64,000 nucleotides of DNA from an uncultured bacterium (GTDB lineage: Bacteria; Acidobacteriota; Thermoanaerobaculia; Multivoradales; JAHZIX01). Made by a program: the position numbers and the translations under genes. Under the pieces are notes generated by a model. It had not been told where the DNA came from. It was given only the letters and a program-made list of their open reading frames with translations, and made no database searches. Location of the stretch: the NCBI GenBank assembly GCA_965368975.1, contig CBDUPA010000020.1, positions 32,001 through 96,000 of the forward strand. Direction: 5' to 3'. Below, one piece after another: positions 29,594-38,857 of the stretch. Each line of letters starts with the position of its first letter. Within the stretch, counting starts at the first letter, position 1.

Positions 29594-32515
29594 TTACTGG
29601 CAAGCTTCGCAGTCCGGGTCGTCGATGCGGCATAGGGACGGTTCCGGAGCCTCGGCCGGTGCGCTTCGTAACATACTGGCCACCTGCGCCGTGGCGCTGG
29701 CGGTGACAGGTTCGTTGGCGGGTTCGGGGTGGACCGGTTCGGGGTGGACGGGCTCAGCCTGAGCAGGACGAGAGCCCACCTCGGGAAGTCGAGTCTGCGG
29801 CGTTGGTGCTTCCGCGCCAGCCGCCACCGGCTGTTGCTGGTACTCGCGTTTCTGGGTGAAGCCGTACTTGGAGTCCAGCGTCGACTTCTCGATCTGGCTC
29901 GCGGCCAGCGTTCGCAGATAGTAGGTCGTCTTGAGGCCGAGGCGCCAAGCCCACTGGTAGACGTCACTCAGTTGCTTGCCGGAGGTACCCTTGAGGAACA
30001 CGTTGTGCGATTGGCTCTGGTCGATCCATTTGCCGCGGGCGGCGGTGATTCGCAGCGCCCACACCGGATCTACGTCGAAAGCTTCGACGTAGATGTCCTT
30101 GAGGTCCTGCGGGATCTCGTCGATCGCCGAGATGTTGCCATCGAAGTACTTCAGCTTGTCGAGCATCTCCTGGCCCCACAGGCCCTGGCGCTTGAGTTCC
30201 TCGACCAAGTAGTGGTTGACGACGGTGAACTCGCCGCTGATGTTGGCCTTGACGTAGATGTTCTTGTAGATCGGCTCGATGCACGGGAAGCAGCCCGAAA
30301 TATTCGAGATGGTCGCGGTTGGCGCCACCGCCATGGTGTTCGAGTTGCGCATGCCGTACTGCTGCACGTGCTCATATACCGGCGACCAGTCCAGGCTGCG
30401 TTCCCGCGACACCTCGACCGGCACACCGCGCTCCTGCTCGAGCAGGTCGACGGTATCGGCCGGAAAGATGCCCCGCTCCCACTTGGAGCCAGGGTAGGAG
30501 CCGTACGCACCGCGCTCCTTGGCCAGCTCGGAGGAGGCAAGAATGGCGTGGTAGGAAATCCACTCCATGGTCTGGTCGGCGAAGCGCAGAGCACCCTCGG
30601 AGGCGAACGGCAGGCCGAGCTCGAACAATGCGTCCTGGAACCCCATCAGGCCCAGGCCGATCGGACGGTGGCGCAAGTTGGAGTTGCGCGCTTCGTCGGT
30701 AGGGTAGAAGTTGATGTCGATGACGTTGTCGAGCATGCGGATCGCCGTCTGCACGGACTCGGCCAGGGTCTCGCGGTCGAGCTGCCCGTCGACGAAGTGG
30801 CGCGCCACGTTGATCGAACCCAGATTGCACACGGCGGTCTCTTTGGCCGAGGTGTTGAGCGTGATCTCAGTGCACAGGTTGGAGCTGTGGATGACGCCAA
30901 CGTGATCCTGCGGCGAGCGCACGTTGCACGCGTCCTTGAAAGTGATCCATGGGTGGCCCGTCTCGAACAGCATGGTCAGCATCTTGCGCCACAGGAGCTG
31001 TGCCTTGATGGTTCTGAACAGCTCGATCTCCCCGCGCTTGGCCTGCTGCTCGTAGTGCTCGTAGCGTTCCTCGAAGGCGCGGCCATACAGATGGTGCAGG
31101 TCGGGCACATCGTCGGGTGAGAACAGTGTCCAGTCGGCGTTGTCCTGCACCCGCTTCATGAACAGGTCTGGGATCCAGTTGGCGGTGTTCATGTCGTGGG
31201 TACGACGCCGCTCGTCACCGGTGTTCTTGCGCAGGTCGAGGAAGTCCTCGATGTCCATGTGCCAGGTCTCGAGGTAGGCGCAGGTGGCGCCCCGTCGCTT
31301 GCCGCTGCGGTTGATCGCCATGGTGACGTCGTTGGCGATCTTGAGGAACGGGATGACACCCTGGCTCTCGACATTGGTCGACTTGATTGGTGAGCCGGTG
31401 GCGCGGATGTTCGACCAATCGTTGCCGATGCCGCCGGACCACTTGGACAGCTGGGAGTTGTCGCCCAGGCACTTGAAGATGTGCTTGAGGTCGTCCTCGA
31501 CGGTCGTCAAGTAGCAGGACGACAACTGCGGATGGCAAGTACCGGCGTGGAAGAGCGTGGGTGTCGAGGCGACGTAGCGCAGCTGGGACAGTAGCTCGTA
31601 GAACTCGATCGCCCGCTGCTCGCGCTCCGGCTCTTCGATCGCCAGGCCCATGGCGACGCGCATCCAGAAGTGCTGTGGTAGCTCCAGGCAGTGGCCCTGG
31701 TAGCGGGTGAAATAGCGTTCGTAGAGCGTCTGGATGCCGAGATAGCGGAACAGGTCGTCACGGCCGGGATGCAGGGCTTCGGTCATGCGGTCGAGGTCGA
31801 AGTCGAGCAGGCGCGGGTCGTACAGGCCAGCCTCGACGCCGGTCGCCAGGCATCGCTGGAAGCTCTTGCCATAGGACTCCTCGAGTTGACCGTGGCTGAG
31901 ACTGACGCCCAGCACTTCCTTGTACAGCTTGGTCAGCAGCAAGCGCGACGCCAGGCGTGCGTACGCGGGATCGCGCTCGATGAACGACGCCGACGCCATC
32001 ACCAGTGCCAGCGAGATGCGGTCGGTGGGGATCTCGTCGTAGACGTTGTGAATGACCTCGCGCACCACCAAGTCGATGGCGATGTCGTCACCCAGATCCT
32101 CGGCGCAGCGGCGTACTGTACGGTCGACCTTCATGACGTTGAAGAGCACAGTGCGGCCGTCGCTCTTGCGCACCGTCAAGCGGCCCAGGCGCGCGCTCTC
32201 CATGGCCTGTCGCTTCACCTGCTCGCGGCTCTTTTGGCGGTCGGCGCGATAGAGGATGTACGCCTTGGCGATGTCGTACTGTCCCATCCGCATCAAGTGT
32301 TTCTCGACGATGTCCTGGACATTCTCGACGTTGGGGAAGAATTCCTGGAACCGACTGTCGATTTCTTCCTTGATGCCGATCATCAAGGTGTCGAGCGTCG
32401 CCTCTGGCAGCTCGTTGCTGATCGCGAGAACAGCTTTGAGGATGGCGTTACGGATTCGGATTTCGTCGAAATCGACGACCTCGCCATTACGCTTGACGAT
32501 CTTCTGGATGCGCAT
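29594..32515 (-). CDS. nrdA: Ribonucleotide reductase R1 subunit with two N-terminal ATP cones
   Basis: IVKRNG and VRKSDG cones, LSSCY, SSNLCTEI, VCNLGS, APTATIS, KTTYY, C-terminal CEAC; GAGGAG SD before ATG 32515. Confidence 0.96.
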   Translation of the reverse strand: MRIQKIVKRNGEVVDFDEIRIRNAILKAVLAISNELPEATLDTLMIGIKEEIDSRFQEFFPNVENVQDIVEKHLMRMGQYDIAKAYILYRADRQKSREQVKRQAMESARLGRLTVRKSDGRTVLFNVMKVDRTVRRCAEDLGDDIAIDLVVREVIHNVYDEIPTDRISLALVMASASFIERDPAYARLASRLLLTKLYKEVLGVSLSHGQLEESYGKSFQRCLATGVEAGLYDPRLLDFDLDRMTEALHPGRDDLFRYLGIQTLYERYFTRYQGHCLELPQHFWMRVAMGLAIEEPEREQRAIEFYELLSQLRYVASTPTLFHAGTCHPQLSSCYLTTVEDDLKHIFKCLGDNSQLSKWSGGIGNDWSNIRATGSPIKSTNVESQGVIPFLKIANDVTMAINRSGKRRGATCAYLETWHMDIEDFLDLRKNTGDERRRTHDMNTANWIPDLFMKRVQDNADWTLFSPDDVPDLHHLYGRAFEERYEHYEQQAKRGEIELFRTIKAQLLWRKMLTMLFETGHPWITFKDACNVRSPQDHVGVIHSSNLCTEITLNTSAKETAVCNLGSINVARHFVDGQLDRETLAESVQTAIRMLDNVIDINFYPTDEARNSNLRHRPIGLGLMGFQDALFELGLPFASEGALRFADQTMEWISYHAILASSELAKERGAYGSYPGSKWERGIFPADTVDLLEQERGVPVEVSRERSLDWSPVYEHVQQYGMRNSNTMAVAPTATISNISGCFPCIEPIYKNIYVKANISGEFTVVNHYLVEELKRQGLWGQEMLDKLKYFDGNISAIDEIPQDLKDIYVEAFDVDPVWALRITAARGKWIDQSQSHNVFLKGTSGKQLSDVYQWAWRLGLKTTYYLRTLAASQIEKSTLDSKYGFTQKREYQQQPVAAGAEAPTPQTRLPEVGSRPAQAEPVHPEPVHPEPANEPVTASATAQVASMLRSAPAEAPEPSLCRIDDPDCEACQ
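29721..29750 (-). repeat. In-frame 15-bp tandem duplication (PVHPE x2) in the NrdA C-terminal linker
   Basis: GGTTCGGGGTGGACC GGTTCGGGGTGGACG on the plus strand. Confidence 0.7.
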
Positions 32516-32872
32516 GTGGGGGGGACTCCTCGCGGGATTGGGTCTCGCGGGTTGGGGCTCCGAAGTTGTGCGCCATGAATATTTTAGCGCGCCAGACATC
32601 CGGAGCCCGGCGTTTCGTAGCCTGCTGCGATCGATGTCACCGGGCACGCTACCGACGGGGAAGCGGTACGGCCGGTGGATGCCGACGAATCACCCTCTGC
32701 TGCGAGGAGTGCTGCCGGTATGGCGTGCTGCCGAGAGATGCTTTGACGAAGCTAAAGCCAACCAACGCCAGGATTTCCCGAGACTGTCCGTCGAATCAAA
32801 GTCCGACAGGTGACGATCAAGCGTCAGTGCGGCCGAGCCAACGTCATTGGAGCTTATAGCAACACTTCGAAG

Positions 32873-32901
32873 AATCTACTAGATGTGGTTGGGCGTGTCA
32901 A
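32873..32901 (-). promoter_or_regulatory. Sigma70 promoter for nrdAB
   Basis: TTGACA (32901-32896) - N17 - TAGATT (32878-32873). Confidence 0.7.
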
Positions 32902-32923
32902 GATGAACCCCAACATGATGTGG
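32876..32923. promoter_or_regulatory. Tandem NrdR boxes
   Basis: CTACTAGATGTGGTTG (32876-32891) and CCCCAACATGATGTGG (32908-32923) resemble acaCwAtATaTwGtgt, lie 32 bp apart and overlap/flank the nrdA promoter; nrdR is 2 kb away. Confidence 0.75.
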
Positions 32924-33100
32924 TCGTAGGGTCGCTCGCTCTCGAGCTGGGCCGAGCGCGACGATCGTAGCATATTTCGGGCGGTAATAGGGCGTAACCT
33001 TGGCGGGCTTCGAGGCTCGTGGTGCGATGTGGCTCTTGTTGACCCGGTCCATGGGCAGTGATACGCTCTGAGATCCGCAAGACCTGTGGGGCTTTAGACT

Positions 33101-34930
33101 ATGGTGTTCTTCAACTACGGTACGATGCAGATGGCAGCCAAGGTCGTGTATTACGGCCCGGGCCTGTGCGGCAAGACGACGAATCTGCAGTACATCTACG
33201 GCCACACGTCGAACGACTCGCGTGGCGAAATGGTCTCGCTGGAGACGGAGACGGATCGAACCCTGTTCTTCGATCTGCTGCCCATCGACATTGGCACGAT
33301 CGGCGGGTTCGCCACGCGGATTCAGCTCTACACCGTACCTGGTCAGGTGTTCTACAACACCACTCGCAAGCTGGTGCTGAAGGGGGTCGACGGGGTCGTC
33401 TTCGTTGCCGACTCGCAGCAGCCGATGGTGCAGGCGAACGTCGACTCGCTCAACAACCTGGAAGAGAATCTCGGCGAGATCGGCCTGACGCTGGACGAGG
33501 TGCCGATCGTCCTGCAGTACAACAAGCGCGATCTGCCCAACATCTGCTCGGTCGACGAGCTCAACGCCGCCCTCAACAGGAGCGACTGGCCCTACTTCGA
33601 GGCTTCGGCACTCACCGGTCAGGGCGTGTTCGAGACGCTGAAGGGCATCTCCAAGCTGACGTTGGTCTCGCTCAAGCGGAAGCTGGCCAAGGATCAGGAC
33701 GAAGATTCCAGCAGTGCTGCGAGTCCGCCACCTGCGCGACCGACGCCGCCGCCTATCAAGCCGATCGCGCCCGTGGGTACGCCCGCGTCCGCGTCGCCGG
33801 AGAGGGCATCCTCGGTATCGGCGCCGCCACTGGCCGTGCCGGTAGCGAGCCCAGCAGGGGCGACTCCGCCCGCCGTGACTCCTGCAGTGACGCCCCCTGC
33901 AGTGACACCCCCTGCAGTGACGCCCCCTGCAGTGACGACCGAGCCAGCGGCCGAAGGCGAAGACGGCGGGGCACCGATCCGACGTTCCGCCCGCGATTCC
34001 GTGCCACCGCCCGAGCCGATCCAGGCGCCGGAGCTGAGCAGCGCCGACATCGCCGCGTCGCGAGTGCAGGCTGCTGCCGCCCAAGATCCCGCCAGCGGAG
34101 AGCTGGCATCGACGTCGTCTGTCGAAGAGTCCGGTACGGGTACGGCTTCCGGGGCGCAGCCCTTCCCGGCGCTGGCTTCCGAGCCGGGAGCCGAAGATCT
34201 GGCTGCGGTAGGCAGCTCCAGTGATGCCGGCATCTTTGCCGAGCCCGAAGCTCCTACAGATTCAGTCTTCGCAGCGGACGAGCAGGTTGCCACCGAACCC
34301 TCCGGCGATGATGAGCCCCAAGCGGCGAGTACCGAATCTACAGGCAGCGAGCCCATGAGCCGCGAGCCCATGAGCAGCGAGCCCGTCGCCCCAGCCCCTG
34401 TCCCCCAGCGCGCAGATGAGAGCCCCTTCGTCACGGCGCCGGAAAGCAGTGATGAGCCGGAGATGAGCGAGCAAGCGGAGATGGATCCGTTTGCGCCGGA
34501 CCCAGTCCCGGCTGCCGCGGCTCTGCCTGCGCTGTCCGAACCGCGGGTCGCGGCTGCAGCGCTCGCTACCTCGACACCCTCGACCTCGGCACCCTCGAGC
34601 CCAAGCGCCAGTTCCGCGCCGGTGCCTGGCAGGCGCCGACGTCGTTCGCTCGACGCCCTCGGGGAACTCGAGAAGCTGCGCCAGCAGGTCAAGGCGCCGC
34701 GCGCCGGTGGGCGTGCCAACGGTCAAGGCGAAATGAGCCGCGAGATCCAAATGACGGTCGCGCGGGCAGACTTCCCGCGTCTGCGTCGCTTCCGGCTCAG
34801 CCTGCAGGTGGAAGACGAGCAACAGCAGGTGGTGGAAGCCGTGCGCGATCTAGATGTCGAGATTCAGGGCAAGGAAAGTCTCGACCACCTACTCTTGCGC
34901 CTGAACGTCGCGCTGAGCGCCAGGGACTGA
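33101..34930 (+). CDS. MglA-family small GTPase fused to a long Pro/Ala/Ser/Glu-rich linker and a small C-terminal domain
   Basis: YYGPGLCGKTTNL, TETDRTLFFD, TVPGQVFYN, QYNKRDL, EASA in the first ~195 aa. Confidence 0.88.
   Translation: MVFFNYGTMQMAAKVVYYGPGLCGKTTNLQYIYGHTSNDSRGEMVSLETETDRTLFFDLLPIDIGTIGGFATRIQLYTVPGQVFYNTTRKLVLKGVDGVVFVADSQQPMVQANVDSLNNLEENLGEIGLTLDEVPIVLQYNKRDLPNICSVDELNAALNRSDWPYFEASALTGQGVFETLKGISKLTLVSLKRKLAKDQDEDSSSAASPPPARPTPPPIKPIAPVGTPASASPERASSVSAPPLAVPVASPAGATPPAVTPAVTPPAVTPPAVTPPAVTTEPAAEGEDGGAPIRRSARDSVPPPEPIQAPELSSADIAASRVQAAAAQDPASGELASTSSVEESGTGTASGAQPFPALASEPGAEDLAAVGSSSDAGIFAEPEAPTDSVFAADEQVATEPSGDDEPQAASTESTGSEPMSREPMSSEPVAPAPVPQRADESPFVTAPESSDEPEMSEQAEMDPFAPDPVPAAAALPALSEPRVAAAALATSTPSTSAPSSPSASSAPVPGRRRRRSLDALGELEKLRQQVKAPRAGGRANGQGEMSREIQMTVARADFPRLRRFRLSLQVEDEQQQVVEAVRDLDVEIQGKESLDHLLLRLNVALSARD
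33881..33937 (+). repeat. 15-bp tandem repeat (~3.8 copies) encoding PAVTP
   Basis: CCTGCAGTGAC(G/A)CCC repeated in frame. Confidence 0.85.
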
Positions 34931-34940
34931 CACCCGGCTG

Positions 34941-35402
34941 ATGCGCTGTCCGTTCTGCGGTGAAAACCGCGACAGGGTTGTCGACTCCCGCGAGAGCCGG
35001 GACGGTGACACGATCCGCCGCAGGCGTCACTGCTTGGAGTGCGACCGCCGCTTTACCTCGTACGAGCAGATCGAAGACATTCCCTACATGGTCGTCAAAG
35101 AAGACGGCAGCCGCCAGGAGTTCAACCGCAAGAAGCTGCTCTCCGGCATGCTCAAGGCCTGCGAGAAGCGCCCGGTGTCGACGCAGCAGTTGGAGCAGAT
35201 CGTTGAGGAGGCGGAGCAGCTTCTACACGAGCGGTCGGAGCGCGAGATTTCCACGACGGAGCTGGGTAACTTCGTGATGGACAAGCTGAGGTCCTTGGAC
35301 CAAGTGGCTTATGTCCGCTTCGCCTCGGTCTACAGGCGGTTCGAAGATGTCGACGCCTTCCGGGACGTGCTCACCACCCTGCTCAAGGAGCCGGATCGAT
35401 GA
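34941..35402 (+). CDS. nrdR: Transcriptional repressor NrdR
   Basis: MRCPFC..VVDSR..IRRRRHC..C..RFTSYE zinc ribbon, ATP cone, VAYVRFASVY. Confidence 0.97.
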   Translation: MRCPFCGENRDRVVDSRESRDGDTIRRRRHCLECDRRFTSYEQIEDIPYMVVKEDGSRQEFNRKKLLSGMLKACEKRPVSTQQLEQIVEEAEQLLHERSEREISTTELGNFVMDKLRSLDQVAYVRFASVYRRFEDVDAFRDVLTTLLKEPDR

Positions 35403-37801
35403 GCGTCGAAGTTTACGAAGAGGTCATTGCGATCCCGGATGTCCTGCCGGTTCTGCCGGTCAAGGATGCGGTGATCTTCCCGTACATCATCCTGCCGCTG
35501 TCGATCAGCGACGAGCGCAGTATCGTTGCTGTCGACCGGGCGCTCACGGACGGTCGCACCCTCGTCTTGGCGGCCCAGCGCGAAGAAGGAGACGGTTCCG
35601 GAGACTTGCCCGCGGAGCTGCGCGAGCTGGGTGAGGAGGGGATCTACCAGGTCGGCACGGCCGCGACCATCATGCGTATGCTACGTCTGCCTGACGGTCG
35701 TGTGCGCATCCTGGTGCAAGGCTTGCAGCGCGTCCGCATTGAGCATCTCGGCCAGCAAGAGCCATATCTGCAGGCCAAGATCGGGCGCCTGGACGAGGCC
35801 TCGTCGCCCTTGCCCAAGGACTACGATGCCATCGTACGCGGGATGCGCGAGGGCCTGGAGCGGGCGGTCCACTTGGGACGTCAGATCTCGCCCGAGGTGA
35901 TGGTGATCGCCGCCAACGTCGAGGATCCGGGCCGGCTGGCCGACCTGGTGGCGAGTAACTTGGAACTCAAGATCTCGGAAGCGCAGGCACTGCTGGAAGA
36001 TGGAGATCCGCTGCATCGCCTGAAAACGGTGAGCGAACTCCTGCAGCGCGAACTGGTGCTGCTCGAAGTGCAGCAGAAGATCGCCGAAGAAGCGCGTGGC
36101 GAGATGGATCGCAACCAGCGCGAGTACTTCCTGCGCCAGCAGCTGCGCGCTATCCAGACCGAGTTGGGTGAGGTCGATGAACTGGCCGAGGAGATCGAGG
36201 CCTACCGCAAGGTGGCGCGCGAGAAAGGGCTGTCCGAGGAAGCGACCGAGGAGATGGAGCGGCAGATCCGACGCCTGGAACGCGGCCATCCGGACAGTGC
36301 CGAGACCTCCATCCTGCGCACCTATCTCGACTGGTTGACCGGCATGCCTTGGCAGGTCTGCTCGAAAGACAAGCTGGACCTGACCCGTGCTCGCAAGGTG
36401 CTCGATGCCGACCACTACGGGCTGGAGAAGATCAAGGAGCGCATCCTCGAGTACCTCGCCGTACGCCAGCTACGCGACGATGCCCGCGGGCCTCTGCTGT
36501 GCTTCGTCGGTCCACCGGGTGTCGGCAAGACGTCGCTGGGCCGCTCGATCGCCCGCGCGCTGGGGCGCGAGTTCGTGCGCATCTCCCTCGGTGGTGTCCA
36601 CGACGAGGCCGAAATCCGCGGCCACCGTCGTACCTATATCGGGGCGCTGCCCGGCCGGATTCTGCAGGGCCTGCACCAGGCGCGCACGTCCAATCCGGTC
36701 TTCATGCTCGACGAGATCGACAAGATAGGCACCCATCGCCAGGGCGACCCATCGTCGGCTCTGCTGGAAGTGCTCGATCCAGAGCAGAATTCGACCTTCC
36801 GCGATCACTACCTGGGCGTTGCCTACGACCTTTCCAAGGTCATGTTCATCGCCACCGCGAACCTGACGCAGCCGATCCAGCCCGCCTTCCTGGACCGCAT
36901 GGAAGTGCTCGAGCTCACCGGCTACACAGAGGGTGAAAAGCTCTCGATCGCCCGCCGCTACCTGATCCCCAAGCAACGCGAGGAGAATGGCCTGTCGGGC
37001 AAGCACATCCAGATCACCGATCCGGCGGTGCGCCTGCTGATCCAGCGCTACACGCGTGAAGCTGGCCTGCGCAACTTGGAGCGGGAGCTCGCGTCGCTGT
37101 GCCGCAAGGTTGCGGTAGGGGTCGCCGAGGGGGAGACGCAGCGAGTGCGGGTGACGCCGAAGTGGGTCGAGACGGCGATCGGGCCACCGCGCCACTTCCC
37201 GGAAGAGCTGCTGCAGGAAGACAAGATCGGCGTCGCCACCGGTCTGGCCTGGACCGCGGTCGGCGGCGACTTGATGTTCATCGAGGTCATCGCTGTGCCT
37301 TCCACGCACGGCAAGGGCGGTGGCGGTTTGACCCTGACGGGGCAGCTCGGCGACGTGATGAAGGAGAGTGCGCAGGCAGCGTTGTCCTACGCACGACTCG
37401 AAGCGGGCCGCCGCGGGGTCGACAGCAAGTTCTTCCAGCAGCACGATCTGCACGTTCATCTACCGGCCGGGTCGGTACCCAAGGATGGTCCGTCGGCCGG
37501 CATCACCATTGCGACCGCGATCCTCTCGCTACTCCTCAAGCGGCCGGTGGATCATCGCCTGGCGATGACCGGTGAGATCACGCTGCGAGGCGACGTGCTA
37601 CCGATCGGCGGCCTGAAAGAGAAGGTGCTGGCCGCCCGCACCGCGGGCATCCACCATGTCGTTCTGCCCAAACTCAACGCGCGCGACCTGGCCGAGATCA
37701 AGGATCATCTGAAGGAAGGCATCACCTTTCACCTGGCAGAGAGCATGGAAGAGGTATTGCAACAGGCCTTGCGGCCCGAGGTCTCCACCGCGACGTCTTG
37801 A
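35399..37801 (+). CDS. lon: ATP-dependent protease La
   Basis: LON N-domain, GPPGVGKTS, DEAEIRGHRRTY, PKDGPSAG, GGLKEK. Confidence 0.97.
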   Translation: MSVEVYEEVIAIPDVLPVLPVKDAVIFPYIILPLSISDERSIVAVDRALTDGRTLVLAAQREEGDGSGDLPAELRELGEEGIYQVGTAATIMRMLRLPDGRVRILVQGLQRVRIEHLGQQEPYLQAKIGRLDEASSPLPKDYDAIVRGMREGLERAVHLGRQISPEVMVIAANVEDPGRLADLVASNLELKISEAQALLEDGDPLHRLKTVSELLQRELVLLEVQQKIAEEARGEMDRNQREYFLRQQLRAIQTELGEVDELAEEIEAYRKVAREKGLSEEATEEMERQIRRLERGHPDSAETSILRTYLDWLTGMPWQVCSKDKLDLTRARKVLDADHYGLEKIKERILEYLAVRQLRDDARGPLLCFVGPPGVGKTSLGRSIARALGREFVRISLGGVHDEAEIRGHRRTYIGALPGRILQGLHQARTSNPVFMLDEIDKIGTHRQGDPSSALLEVLDPEQNSTFRDHYLGVAYDLSKVMFIATANLTQPIQPAFLDRMEVLELTGYTEGEKLSIARRYLIPKQREENGLSGKHIQITDPAVRLLIQRYTREAGLRNLERELASLCRKVAVGVAEGETQRVRVTPKWVETAIGPPRHFPEELLQEDKIGVATGLAWTAVGGDLMFIEVIAVPSTHGKGGGGLTLTGQLGDVMKESAQAALSYARLEAGRRGVDSKFFQQHDLHVHLPAGSVPKDGPSAGITIATAILSLLLKRPVDHRLAMTGEITLRGDVLPIGGLKEKVLAARTAGIHHVVLPKLNARDLAEIKDHLKEGITFHLAESMEEVLQQALRPEVSTATS

Positions 37802-37848
37802 TCGGCGTCCCGAAGAGAGCAGAGTCTCAACCTAGGGGGGAAACGTCG

Positions 37849-38829
37849 ATGGGCGAACGGGACTTGCTGCGCTGGCTACGTGGGCGCGAGCCCGCCACCA
37901 CCCAGCTGATCGGCGACGATGCCGCGCTGCTACCCAGCAGCGGTGCCAGTGCGGTGACCACCGATGCGCAGATCGAGGGTGTTCACTTCCCAGCGGGTCT
38001 GGAGCCGGCGATCCTGGCCCGCAGGCTGCTCGCGGTCAATCTCTCGGATCTGGCCGCGGTGGCTGCCCGGCCGCGATACGCCTTCCTCGCGCTCGCGGCT
38101 CCCGCCCGCTTCGACCACCGGACTTTCTTCGCCGCGTTGACCCGGGCCTGCCGCCTGCAGGGAGTGCAGCTGGCGGGCGGTGATCTTGCCCGCAGCCACC
38201 GGGTGCATGCAGTCCTGACCTTGATCGGCGAACGTCCGCCGAGGGGGCGCTGGTTGCGGCGTGACCAGGCGTGCGCCGGCGACCGCCTGTGGGTCGGCGG
38301 CAACCTCGGGGAGTCGGCCCTGGGATGCTCACTTCTCGCACGCGCTGGCGGGCGGTGCGAGTTGCCCGAAGGACTGCCGGCATCCTTGCGCGCCGCGGCC
38401 CGGCGTGCGCTGCATCGTCATCTGCTGCCGGTGCCACAGGTGCAACTCGGCCGCTGGCTGGGCCGGCGTCGGCGTGCCGCCGGTCTCGATGTCTCGGATG
38501 GTCTCGGCCTCGACCTGTGGCGCCTGTGCGAAGCCAGTGGCGTCGCGGCTCGCCTCGACCTCGAAGCCGTACCGCGGCCGGAAGGTTTCGCGGACCTCTG
38601 CGACTTCCTGGGTCTCGACGCGGATGCAACCCTGCTGGGTGGAGGCGAAGACTACGTGCTGCTCTTCGCCCTGCCGCCGCGCGTGCGCCAGCCGCCGCTA
38701 CGCCACTGTCGCCAGATCGGTGAAATCGTCGACTCCCCGGTGGCCCAGCCACGGATCACCGTGCGCACCGCCGAGGGCGACAGCGCACTCGACGAAGCGT
38801 CGATTCCTGGCTGGGATCACCTGGGCTAG
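37849..38829 (+). CDS. thiL: Thiamine-monophosphate kinase
   Basis: MGE, IGDDAA, EGVHF, NLSDLAA, GGD, DVSDGL, GGEDY, GWDH. Confidence 0.92.
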   Translation: MGERDLLRWLRGREPATTQLIGDDAALLPSSGASAVTTDAQIEGVHFPAGLEPAILARRLLAVNLSDLAAVAARPRYAFLALAAPARFDHRTFFAALTRACRLQGVQLAGGDLARSHRVHAVLTLIGERPPRGRWLRRDQACAGDRLWVGGNLGESALGCSLLARAGGRCELPEGLPASLRAAARRALHRHLLPVPQVQLGRWLGRRRRAAGLDVSDGLGLDLWRLCEASGVAARLDLEAVPRPEGFADLCDFLGLDADATLLGGGEDYVLLFALPPRVRQPPLRHCRQIGEIVDSPVAQPRITVRTAEGDSALDEASIPGWDHLG

Positions 38830-38857
38830 CTCGCGAACGAGCCAGCCCAGAGTCAGC

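Noticed and set aside
32516-32870. Cobalamin riboswitch upstream of nrdA
   Set aside because: The B12-box and GCCACTG/GGGAAG core motifs could not be found on the minus strand.
33881-33937. Short tandem repeats as a possible CRISPR array
   Set aside because: 15-bp units with no spacers, in frame within a protein linker; no cas genes in the window.
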